From an uncultured Planctomycetaceae bacterium (GTDB lineage: Bacteria; Planctomycetota; Planctomycetia; Pirellulales; UBA1268), in contig CALCGM010000113.1 in the NCBI GenBank assembly GCA_937900985.1, forward strand, positions 1 to 36,885: DNA of 36,885 nucleotides, in the 5' to 3' direction. A program made the position numbers and the translations under genes. The notes under the pieces are model-generated. The model saw only the letters and a program-made list of their open reading frames with translations. It was not told where the DNA came from and made no database searches. Below are positions 10,270 to 17,911 of the stretch, in pieces. Every line of letters starts with the position of its first letter. Position 1 is the first letter of the stretch.

Positions 10270-10854
10270 CTACGCGCCGCGTTTCATCCGCGGAGCCGCA
10301 GAGGTGTTCTGCCGCCCGGCCGCCTCAGCACTCAGGGCTGCGTTGAGTCGATCGATCACCACGGCCTCCTCTGCCATCTGCGGAGCCACCATCCCCAGAT
10401 CGGCGAGCCACCTGGCCACCGTCACCCACTGCCACACCGGGTTTCCTTCGTGCAAATGGCAGGCTGCAGCGGGAAAGCGCCGACCCTTCCGCCCTTTGAC
10501 CACCAGCTGACCAAGGTATTGTCGTGAGCAGCCAAGTCGCCGAGCGATTCCGGCCTGCGTGATAAACGGGCAGGCATCAAGTCGCTCGACATCGAGCGGC
10601 ACGCCCATCGCTGCCCCAGCCCGCCGAACGTCGCGAATCGCCGTGGCTACCGCCTCTTCCAGCGTCGCTGCTTCCCGCACCACATCAAGCCAGAGCCGCT
10701 GGTGCGAGCAGCTCAGTGTGGCATCGTCACACCCATGCTCGAAAAGTGCTTCCTCGAGCTCTCGCGTGATCTGATCTGCTCCCCTGAGCACGAGGGTGAA
10801 CTCATGCTCGCAGACCGGGGCCGCGTCGTCGCCGGTGGCATTGTCACTGCTCAT
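10270..10854 (-). CDS. putative antitoxin-like DNA-binding protein (N-terminal HicB-like alpha/beta domain plus helix-turn-helix), 194 aa
   Basis: The ORF opens at 10905. ATG at 10854 overlaps the stop of the upstream small gene (ATGA, 10851-10854). The N-terminal block FTLVLRG...ELEEALFEHGCDDATLSCSHQRLWLDVVREAATLEEAVATAIRDVRRAG resembles the small alpha/beta domain of HicB-like or Xre-associated antitoxins. ITQAGIARRLGCSRQYLGQLV looks like an HTH. Family assignment is by eye only. Confidence 0.6.
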   Translation of the reverse strand: MSSDNATGDDAAPVCEHEFTLVLRGADQITRELEEALFEHGCDDATLSCSHQRLWLDVVREAATLEEAVATAIRDVRRAGAAMGVPLDVERLDACPFITQAGIARRLGCSRQYLGQLVVKGRKGRRFPAAACHLHEGNPVWQWVTVARWLADLGMVAPQMAEEAVVIDRLNAALSAEAAGRQNTSAAPRMKRGA

Positions 10855-11114
10855 GGTCTCGATGCCGGTGGGCCGCCGATACGACCGTCCGCTCCATGGT
10901 CGCACCGCTGCACGGCCTTGCTGATCAGCCTCGCGTGGGCGACAGGATTCCGAGGAGTTGAGTACACGCTCACGATGCAGCCGCCTCGCACTCCGGCCGG
11001 ACAGTGAAGCCGGCCCCAGGCATGCCCGCCCGAGCGTTCCACCCTCCAGCCCCGTTGCTCTGCGGCACGGACAGCCTCCTCAATGTGCTTGTCAGGATGA
11101 CGTGAACCCGCCAT
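10851..11114 (-). CDS. small HicA-like putative toxin, 87 aa
   Basis: ATG at 11114 is preceded by GGGGG. The ORF track opens at a TTG at 11126. KHIEEAVRAAEQRGWRVERSGGHAWGRLHCP...CIVSVYSTPRNPVAHARLISKAVQRC matches the HicA layout: helix, then G-[FW]-x-V, then G-[SG]-H, then a beta-hairpin, then a C-terminal helix. The stop overlaps the start of the downstream HTH gene. Assignment is tentative. Confidence 0.5.
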   Translation of the reverse strand: MAGSRHPDKHIEEAVRAAEQRGWRVERSGGHAWGRLHCPAGVRGGCIVSVYSTPRNPVAHARLISKAVQRCDHGADGRIGGPPASRP

Positions 11115-11122
11115 CTTCGCCC

Positions 11123-11209
11123 CCAACGTTAAGCAAACGCTTGACGGAAGTCAAGCAAAACAGGCCGCCGGCGTCGCCCCGCATCGCAATCCACAACGAG
11201 CCAACGTTA
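11123..11209. promoter_or_regulatory. candidate operator/promoter elements in the divergent hicA-like / queF intergenic region
   Basis: The 9-mer CCAACGTTA (core palindrome AACGTT) occurs at 11123-11131 and at 11201-11209. A perfect inverted repeat CTTGAC-GGAA-GTCAAG lies at 11140-11155. On the minus strand this reads TTGACT (11154-11149), a 17-nt spacer, then TAACGT (11131-11126), which resembles a sigma70-like -35/-10 pair directly upstream of ATG 11114. Function not demonstrated. Confidence 0.3.
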
Positions 11210-11326
11210 GTGTACACAAGGACACCTTCTTCCTCAAGCCGCGATCGTAACGCCACCTGGTTCGCCGCCGCCGCGGTCCCCGAGGGAGCGGTCGCAAGAA
11301 CAGGCCGGCCGGGATAGGCTCGCAGC

Positions 11327-12175
11327 ATGAGCACGTCACCAGAACACTCACCGCTTGGGCGGCCTTCCGCCTACGTCGACACCTACGACGCCTCGCTCCT
11401 CTATCCCATCCCTCGCGGCCCCAAGCGGGCCGAGCTTGGGATCCACGGCCCCTTGCCTTTTTACGGCGTCGACCTCTGGACGGCCTACGAGCTCAGCTGG
11501 CTCAACCCACGGGGCAAGCCCGAGGTGGCGATTGCCCGCTTCACGGTGCCGGCAGCGTCGACGCACATCGTGGAGAGCAAGTCGCTCAAGCTCTACCTCA
11601 ACAGCCTCAGCAACACCCGCTTCGACGGGCAGGCGGCCGTGGCCGAGCGGATTCAGTCAGACCTCAGCGCGGCATTCTGGCAGGGGGGGCCGGTGACCGT
11701 GCCAGTCGACGTGAGCCTCGCCGCTCCGGATGCCTGGGGCTGTGAAACGGTCGCCCCGCTTGAGGGCGAGCTCCTCGACAGCCTCGACATCGCCTGCGAC
11801 CGCTACGAGCCCGCCCCGGAGCTGCTTACGGCCGACAGCACCGCGCCGCCGGTCAGGGAATCGCTGGTCAGCAACCTGCTCAAGAGCAACTGCCTGGTCA
11901 CCGGCCAGCCCGACTGGGGCAGCCTCCGCATTGCCTACACCGGCCCCCCGATCGACCGAGCCAGCCTGCTTCGCTACATCGTGAGCTTCCGCAACCACAA
12001 CGAGTTTCACGAGCAGTGCGTGGAGCGAATCTTCACCGACCTGACCGCCCGGTGCCGCCCCTCACAGCTCGACGTTCTCGCCCGCTACACCCGCCGCGGC
12101 GGCCTCGACATCAACCCCTGGCGCAGCAGCCGCCCAGGCAAAGCCCCAGCCAACATCCGCACGGGCCGGCAGTGA
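11327..12175 (+). CDS. queF: NADPH-dependent 7-cyano-7-deazaguanine (preQ0) reductase, two-domain YqcD-type QueF, 282 aa
   Basis: [12 protein letters not shown], the catalytic-Cys context [34 protein letters not shown], and C-terminal GGLDINPWR. The length matches the bimodular (type II) QueF. Confidence 0.93.
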   Translation: MSTSPEHSPLGRPSAYVDTYDASLLYPIPRGPKRAELGIHGPLPFYGVDLWTAYELSWLNPRGKPEVAIARFTVPAASTHIVESKSLKLYLNSLSNTRFDGQAAVAERIQSDLSAAFWQGGPVTVPVDVSLAAPDAWGCETVAPLEGELLDSLDIACDRYEPAPELLTADSTAPPVRESLVSNLLKSNCLVTGQPDWGSLRIAYTGPPIDRASLLRYIVSFRNHNEFHEQCVERIFTDLTARCRPSQLDVLARYTRRGGLDINPWRSSRPGKAPANIRTGRQ

Positions 12176-12267
12176 GCGTGTTCCGCTGCTCCTGGCTCCC
12201 CACAAGCTCTCCTTGAGGAGATTCGCCAAGAGCTGCGTTTCGTCAAAAAATCTCAGCGGTCAAGAGT

Positions 12268-12753
12268 TCAGCGGCCGCAGGCGTCCCTGAGCTTTTCGGC
12301 AAACGCTCCCGCTCTCTCAAGGTCGCGTTCGTCGGGGTGCGTGCGGTTGAGGCCGCCAGTGAGCCAGAGCGGGCCCCAGGTGTCGAAGCCGCGGCAGGTA
12401 AACTCGGCGACGACGTCGAAGCCCTTGCGGGCGAGCAGACGTCGCAGGGGCCGGTGCCACAGATCCGCCAAGAAGGGCAGGCCGGAGGTGGAGAAGATGA
12501 AAGCGGGCGTCGTGCCCGCGGGCGCGTCGGGCAGCTTGCGGAGCCAGGCGAAGAGGGCAGGGTGCATGCGGCCGTAGTACACGCCCGAGCCGATCCCCAG
12601 CAGGCCACAACCGGCCGGGATGACGGCTGGCACGGCGTCCGGATCGACGAACTCACAACCGAGCACGCTGCAGACAGCGCCGGCCACTCGGGCCGTGTTG
12701 CCGTGGTGGATCGACTTGCAGAACACGAGTGACGAGGCGGACGGAGCGTTCAT
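12268..12753 (-). CDS. flavodoxin-family protein, 161 aa
   Basis: LVFCKSIHHGNTARVA ... LLGIGSGVYYGRMHPALFAWLRKLP ... PAFIFSTSG matches the short flavodoxin-domain family pattern (S-x-HGNT, GSG-[IV]-Y, F-x-FSTSG) as I recall it. Confidence 0.8.
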   Translation of the reverse strand: MNAPSASSLVFCKSIHHGNTARVAGAVCSVLGCEFVDPDAVPAVIPAGCGLLGIGSGVYYGRMHPALFAWLRKLPDAPAGTTPAFIFSTSGLPFLADLWHRPLRRLLARKGFDVVAEFTCRGFDTWGPLWLTGGLNRTHPDERDLERAGAFAEKLRDACGR

Positions 12754-12921
12754 TGATGGATTCTACGCGTCAGCTTTCGCCAGCGGCATGCGGCAGGCAA
12801 AGTTCGCCCACGTGACGGGGCCGAAAGCAGCCTTTCCGCCCTCCTGAAATCACCCTGGCGTCATCGTCGTGGGCGGATCGCGCCCGCCGCCGCAGCTGCC
12901 TCATGCCCACACCTTGCAGGA

Positions 12922-12951
12922 TTGACCGAAAGATGTGTTCTTGCGTACACT
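12922..12951 (+). promoter_or_regulatory. candidate sigma70-like promoter for the antitoxin/toxin pair
   Basis: TTGACC (12922-12927), an 18-nt spacer, then TACACT (12946-12951), about 65 nt upstream of ATG 13016 in a locally AT-richer stretch. Planctomycete promoter consensus is poorly known, so this is only a pattern match. Confidence 0.3.
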
Positions 12952-13015
12952 TCCCCAGCAACCGTCTGCCGCGGTTTACGACATCGCAACAGTCCAGCAT
13001 CACACGGGGACGCAC

Positions 13016-13225
13016 ATGAGTTCGACTACAGAACAACTCTTTGAAGCAGCGATGCTTCTTCCTGAGGATGCCCGCGTCACCTTGATAGAGCGCCTGCTCG
13101 AAACGATGCCCGGCCGTGAGATCGGCTTGCCCATCGATTCTGCAGACTTTGTGGCCGAACTTGATCGTCGATTCGCTGACGGCGATGACCATGTTGCGTG
13201 GACCGACCTTCAGGCTGAGTCTTGA
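13016..13225 (+). CDS. putative addiction-module antitoxin (Unstab_antitox-like), 69 aa
   Basis: The ORF opens at 12935 and ATG at 13016 gives MSSTTEQLFEAAMLLPEDARVTLIERLLETM ... DFVAELDRRFADGDDHVAWTDL. This is the typical 'L-x-L-P-x-x-x-R' N-terminal helix plus C-terminal RR-containing helix of this antitoxin family. The stop TGA (13223-13225) shares one nt with the toxin ATG (13225-13227). Confidence 0.8.
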   Translation: MSSTTEQLFEAAMLLPEDARVTLIERLLETMPGREIGLPIDSADFVAELDRRFADGDDHVAWTDLQAES

Positions 13226-13525
13226 TGGCCGCCACCGTCGTCTTCCAACGCCGCGCTGCCGATGAGTATCTACACGCCAGAGACTGGTACTCGGCGCGCT
13301 CGCCCCACGTCAGCGAACGTTTCACGCAGGCAGTCAACGCGGCGGTGGCGAAAGTAGAGGCATCACCCGAGGCGTGCGCAACTATCGCCGGCAGATACCG
13401 CTACACACGCGTTCGGGGCTTCCCGTACTTTCTCGTCTTCCGGCCACGGAGTTCCACGGTCACCGTGATCGTTGCTGTGGCCCATGGACGTCGGCGGCCT
13501 GGATATTTGGCAGCAACGGCAGTGA
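13225..13525 (+). CDS. RelE/ParE-family toxin, apparently frameshifted by a 1-nt insertion 6 codons before its expected stop (possible pseudogene or sequencing error)
   Basis: MAATVVFQRRAADEYLHARDWYSARSPHVSERFTQAVNAAVAKVEASPEACATIAGRYRYTRVRGFPYFLVFRPRSSTVTVIVAVAHGRRRPGY has a ParE-like layout. As written, the frame runs on to 14112, antisense to the DUF1501 gene. Deleting one T from the run at 13506-13508 gives ...RRRPGYWQQRQ-TGA ending at 13525, a typical family C-terminus. Coordinates are those of the repaired gene. Confidence 0.7.
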
Positions 13526-13539
13526 ACCGGCTGCTGCGA

Positions 13540-14835
13540 TCACGCAAACAGCTCGGGCATCACGGTGCCGTCGCGAACGATCATCACCGGACGGCCCGTG
13601 TTGGTGAGATACTCCTTGGCCGGATCGATACCCAGCGCGTGGTAGAAGGTGGCTGCCACGTCGTCGGGGGAGTGGCCTTCGTGCAGCGGGCCTTCGCCCT
13701 TGGCGTCGGTCTCGCCGAGCACCCGGCCTCCCTGAATGCCGCCGCCGGCCATCAGCATAAACATCGCGCGGGCGTAGTGGTCGCGGCCGTTGCGGGTCGT
13801 GTTGATCTTCGGCGTGCGGCCAAACTCACCGGTCACATACACGATCGTGGAGTCGAGGAGGCCCTTCTGCTCAAGCCCCGCAAACAGCGCCGACAGGCCT
13901 TCGTCGAGCGGCGGCAGCTGCTGCTCCTTGAGCTTGGTCCAGTTGTCGTTGTGGGTGTCCCAGCCACCAAACGAGACGGTCACAAACGGCACGCCATGCT
14001 CCACGAGCCGTGTGGCCAGCAGGCAGCTCTGGCCAAAGTTGCTCTCGCCAAACGGCTTGGCAAACGCCGGGCTCTCCAGCCCGGTGTTGAAGGCCTCGCG
14101 GGCCCGCGGTGAGGTGATGATGGTGTGGGCCTGTTCGGTGAACTGATCGAGCCCTTCGATCAGCTGGCTCGACTCCTCGAGCATGCCCAGCCGCTGGTCG
14201 AGGTCGCGAAGCAGGCCCTGCCGACGACGGACATTGTCGATCGTCAGCGTGCCGCCGAGCGACACACCCCGCACGCCATACGGCTGCCCAGGCTTCGGCA
14301 CCGACCGGGTCGACAGCGCCGCATACTTCACGCCGAGGTAGCCGGCGCTCTGGTTGATCTTCGGAATCGCCACATGCGTCGGCAGCTCCTCCGGCCCGCC
14401 AAGCTCGCGGCTGACGACCGCGCCGTAGCAGGGAAACTCAAGCGACGGAATCGGCCGGTTGCCCGTGCTGACATACTGCTGCCCCAGCGGATGGGCGGCC
14501 AGCGAATGGGTGATGCCCCGCAGAATCACATACGTATCAAGACACGCCGCGAGCTTGGGGAGATGCTCGCTGACACGCACCCCCGGCACGCTCGTGCCGA
14601 TGGTGCCAAACTCGCCCCGGTGGCTGTCGGGAGCGTCGGGCTTGGGGTCGAACGTGTCGAGATGCGACGGGCCGCCCTCGAGGTTGACGAAGATCGCGGC
14701 CTTGGCTCGGGGCCGGGCCTCCGCCGCATGCGTCCACCGCAGGTAGTTGGCAAGCGTGAGGGCCGAGCCCCCGATCGCGCCAGCCCGCAAGAAGTCGCGG
14801 CGTGCCAAGCCATCACAGGTGCGGTGACGTGCCAT
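13540..14835 (-). CDS. DUF1501 domain-containing protein (alkaline-phosphatase/sulfatase-superfamily fold), Tat-type signal, 431 aa
   Basis: Twin-arginine signal ARRDFLRAGAIGGSALTLA, then NLEGGPSHLDTFDPKP and C-terminal GEFGRTP ... GRDH ... GGGIQGG. The ORF opens at 14883. ATG at 14835 is preceded by GGAGGA 8 nt upstream and is preferred. Confidence 0.9.
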   Translation of the reverse strand: MARHRTCDGLARRDFLRAGAIGGSALTLANYLRWTHAAEARPRAKAAIFVNLEGGPSHLDTFDPKPDAPDSHRGEFGTIGTSVPGVRVSEHLPKLAACLDTYVILRGITHSLAAHPLGQQYVSTGNRPIPSLEFPCYGAVVSRELGGPEELPTHVAIPKINQSAGYLGVKYAALSTRSVPKPGQPYGVRGVSLGGTLTIDNVRRRQGLLRDLDQRLGMLEESSQLIEGLDQFTEQAHTIITSPRAREAFNTGLESPAFAKPFGESNFGQSCLLATRLVEHGVPFVTVSFGGWDTHNDNWTKLKEQQLPPLDEGLSALFAGLEQKGLLDSTIVYVTGEFGRTPKINTTRNGRDHYARAMFMLMAGGGIQGGRVLGETDAKGEGPLHEGHSPDDVAATFYHALGIDPAKEYLTNTGRPVMIVRDGTVMPELFA

Positions 14836-14929
14836 GCTATCGGTCCTCCGAAGGTCGTCGAGACTGTTGATCGCCGCCGGCATGGGCGGCCCGGTGAACG
14901 AGGCGGTTGATCGTGGCGCGTGATCGAGC

Positions 14930-17743
14930 CTAGTGATTGAGCTGAAACTCTTTCGTGTTGAGCAGCGCCCACATCAGGTCGCGGGCCGCCTCTCGATCGG
15001 AAACTTCGGCGAAGTAGCCGCGGGCCCGCTCCAGCTCCTCTGGCTCTGGCAGCCGCGTGAGCGTGCGGAGGTAGGCCGATCGCACGAGCTGGCTGATCGC
15101 CTCGTCGTCGAGCTTTCGGCTGCTCGACGCCGCCGCGGCCTGAGGTCGATCGCCTGGAGCGGCGTCGCCTGCCTTGAGCGCTGCGAGCCGCTTCTCGGCA
15201 GCCGCGAGAAACCGCCGCCCGTTCGCGAGAAACGCTTCATCGTTTTCCTGCTTGGCCCGGGCCAGCCTCGCCTTCCCCTTCGCGATCATCGCCTCAAGCT
15301 CAGGGGCTGCCATGTTCCAGAACCGCTCCCGAGCGGGCGATTCCGCCGCAGGCTCCGCGGCCGCCGTGCCGGTCACCTCCGCCACCCAGCCCTCAGGCCG
15401 GCCGATCATAGAGAGCATCTCACCGTCGTTTTGCAGGAAGACCGTCTGCAGCAGGCTCGGCTCCATCGAACGGTCGCAGTCGCAGTTGCTCTCGCGGATC
15501 GACTGCCCAAACACGCTCAGGGCGTAGTCGGGCCGGCGGGGATCGACGATCGGATCATCGATGGCCCGGTCGGCCTCAAGCGAGCAGAGCGCCTGCGACT
15601 CTTCGTTGCCCGCGGTCGCGATCTTGATCGCGTCGTAGATCACCTCGGCCGGAACCCGCCGCGGCACCGACCGGGCAAAGTTGCGGTCGTCGCCAGCGTT
15701 GGTCGCGTTTGGCTGCCAGCTGAGCTGATAGGTTCGGCTGGAACAGATCTCGCGGTGCAGCCACTTCAGGTCGTAGCCGTGCTCACGAAACCCGCTCGCC
15801 AGATGGTCGAGCAGCGGCTCGTTGCTCGGCGGGTTGGCCAGGCTGAGGTCGTCGGGCGGCTCCACGATGCCGACGTTGAAATAGGAGGCCCACACGCGAT
15901 TCACAATCGCTCGGGCGAAGTATGGGTTGTCGGCACTCCGCATCCAGGCCATCAGCAGCTCGCGTGGATCCTCAACCGCGTCGAGCGCCGTTTCGTCGCC
16001 CCCAAGAACCGCAGCCGTCCGGCCGGAAAGAAACTGCTCGAGCCGCGCCTGCTGCTGCGGGTTGGCAGCCGCCCGGGCCTTCAGGCGGGCCATCGCCTCA
16101 TCGCTCATCGGCTTCGGCGGAGGAAGCACAACCGTTTCGCCAAAGGGCACGACCTTGCCCCGCGCTGCCAGCCGAACGAGCTGCTGATCGAGCTGATTCC
16201 CACGGAGCTTTGGATTGATGTCCAAGGCTTCCATCATTTCGGTGGCTTCGTCGGCGTCCGCCAGCTGACGCAGCTGCTGATACCGCACGCGAGCGAAGAA
16301 GTTTTCAAAGCGGTCGAAGTCGTCTTTCGTCCACTGATCAAACGGATGCTTGTGGCACTGGGCACACTGGATGCGAACACCGAGAAACGCATAGGCGAAG
16401 CCGAGCGCCCGCTCCTCGTTGGTGCGGAAGTTGCGGCGGCTCCAGTAGTAGGGCATCGTGTGCTGCTCTTCGGCAAACTCGCCCGCATGCCCCCGCACGA
16501 GATAGCCGCTCATCCGCTCGCAGTAGTCTTCATACGACTCGTCGCCTTCCCGACTCGTGGCGAGCACGATCCGCTCAACCAGCTCGTCGTAGGGCGTGTT
16601 TTCCGCCACGCGAGCCCGCATCCACTCATACCAGAGCACCGACGCGGTGTTTCGGCGGTCGGGGCCGTTTTGCTGATTCTCTTGGGCGTTGTTGCCCGTC
16701 CAGTCGCAGAACTTGGTGGCCCACCAGGCCGCATAGCCAGGCCTGTCGAGCAGCTCGTCGATCTTGAGCGCCCGCTTGTCGGGATTCGTGTCGGCAAGAA
16801 ACGCTTCGGCCTCCGCTTCGGTCGGCAGGGTGCCCGTCAGGTCGAGCGACACCCGCCTGAGAAACTCACCATCGGTGCAGAGATCGGAAGGCACCTCACC
16901 GAGCTTGCGGAGCTTCGCCACCACCAGCTCGTCGATCGGCGTCGGCGTGGGCACGTCGGGATAGGCAGGCCCAACCTTGTCGGAGACCGGAAAGAGAATC
17001 GGCACAGGCACAACGCCATTGTCGTAGAAAGCCACCACATGCGTGTCGCCGGGACCGGCCGCCGTCACGAGCCCATGCTCATCGATCGTGGCGATCTGAT
17101 CGTTGTTGCTCTGAAAGCGGCACAGCGGCGTTACGTCTTCCCGCGATCCATCCGACCACACAGCGACCGCCTGCAGATGCCACTGCTGGCCCACGTCGGA
17201 GGCCACCAGCTCTTTCGGCTCCACCTCAAGCCGCACAAACTCCGCCGCGTCGTCGTCAACGCCGGCGGCTCCACCATGAATCCACTGCTCAAGCACCCGC
17301 AGCTGCCAGGTGTCGTGCTCGAGCCTCTGCCCACCCTCGTGCGGCTCTTCCTCGAGCGGCTTGAGCAGGGCCAGGCTCTCCCGGGGCGAGGCCACGTTGA
17401 TCCGCGGCTCATCACCGCCGACGAGGTTTTCGTGGTCGGCCTTGAAGTCGTAGCCGAAGAGCGAGAGCTGGAAGCCACCCTGGCCCTGGAATGAGCCGTG
17501 GCACGCGCGGCCGTTGCAGCCGAGCCTGCCCATCAGCGGCACGACATGCCGCCGGAAGTCGGGGATCTCAGCGACGTCGCCGCTGCCAGCTTCAGCGTAG
17601 CGGGCGTCGATGCGGGAGAGTGAGGCCTCGCCTGCGGCAGCCGCGGGCACGATCGCCCAGCAGGCGACAAGCATCAGCAGAACCAGCGAGGCCACAGCAG
17701 CAGCCCCCAAAGATCTCTGCCGGCCGGGTCGTTGTTTGCCCAT
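14930..17743 (-). CDS. DUF1549/DUF1553 domain-containing protein with Ig-like (Big_2-type) insert, 937 aa
   Basis: N-terminal GRLGCNGRACHGSFQGQGGFQLSLFGYD. An Ig-like segment follows (WHLQAVAVWSDGSREDVT...VTAAGPGDTHVVAFY). Then SLDLTGTLPT, the DUF1549-type CAQCHKHPFDQW, and a DUF1553-like C-terminal half (LANPPSNEPLLDHLA...). The ORF opens at 17830. ATG at 17743 gives MGKQRPGRQRSLGAAAVASLVLLMLVA and is preceded by a G-run. Confidence 0.88.
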   Translation of the reverse strand: MGKQRPGRQRSLGAAAVASLVLLMLVACWAIVPAAAAGEASLSRIDARYAEAGSGDVAEIPDFRRHVVPLMGRLGCNGRACHGSFQGQGGFQLSLFGYDFKADHENLVGGDEPRINVASPRESLALLKPLEEEPHEGGQRLEHDTWQLRVLEQWIHGGAAGVDDDAAEFVRLEVEPKELVASDVGQQWHLQAVAVWSDGSREDVTPLCRFQSNNDQIATIDEHGLVTAAGPGDTHVVAFYDNGVVPVPILFPVSDKVGPAYPDVPTPTPIDELVVAKLRKLGEVPSDLCTDGEFLRRVSLDLTGTLPTEAEAEAFLADTNPDKRALKIDELLDRPGYAAWWATKFCDWTGNNAQENQQNGPDRRNTASVLWYEWMRARVAENTPYDELVERIVLATSREGDESYEDYCERMSGYLVRGHAGEFAEEQHTMPYYWSRRNFRTNEERALGFAYAFLGVRIQCAQCHKHPFDQWTKDDFDRFENFFARVRYQQLRQLADADEATEMMEALDINPKLRGNQLDQQLVRLAARGKVVPFGETVVLPPPKPMSDEAMARLKARAAANPQQQARLEQFLSGRTAAVLGGDETALDAVEDPRELLMAWMRSADNPYFARAIVNRVWASYFNVGIVEPPDDLSLANPPSNEPLLDHLASGFREHGYDLKWLHREICSSRTYQLSWQPNATNAGDDRNFARSVPRRVPAEVIYDAIKIATAGNEESQALCSLEADRAIDDPIVDPRRPDYALSVFGQSIRESNCDCDRSMEPSLLQTVFLQNDGEMLSMIGRPEGWVAEVTGTAAAEPAAESPARERFWNMAAPELEAMIAKGKARLARAKQENDEAFLANGRRFLAAAEKRLAALKAGDAAPGDRPQAAAASSSRKLDDEAISQLVRSAYLRTLTRLPEPEELERARGYFAEVSDREAARDLMWALLNTKEFQLNH

Positions 17744-17911
17744 GGAAAGCCCCCCTGCAAGTCCCCGCCGCCATGCACGCGGCATCATGAACGCGGCGTT
17801 GCCGGCTCCACGCCCACCGCAACGCATCAACCACTCCAGTATATCGTGAAAAACGGCAGACCGTCTCCAGCAACTGCGAAAACCGTGCCAAACAGGCGGA
17901 TCCGCAGCCGT

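Noticed and set aside
11127-11326. Possible preQ1 riboswitch upstream of queF
   Set aside because: I saw no short hairpin followed by an A-rich tail or CCCTA-type conserved core in the 200-nt leader. The region is better explained by promoter or operator elements.
14933-17494. 853-aa plus-strand ORF antisense to the DUF1549/DUF1553 gene, and likewise 17732..19174 antisense to the sulfatase gene
   Set aside because: Shadow ORFs. The minus-strand frames carry CxxCH, SLDLTG and sulfatase C-x-P-x-R signatures.
17845-17905. Possible terminator elements downstream of the sulfatase stop: GACGG-TCTG-CCGTTTTT on the minus strand (~17848-17868) and a 10-nt perfect palindrome GCGGATCCGC (17896-17905)
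   Set aside because: The hairpin has only 4-5 base pairs, and the palindrome has no loop. Both are too weak to call an intrinsic terminator without transcript data.
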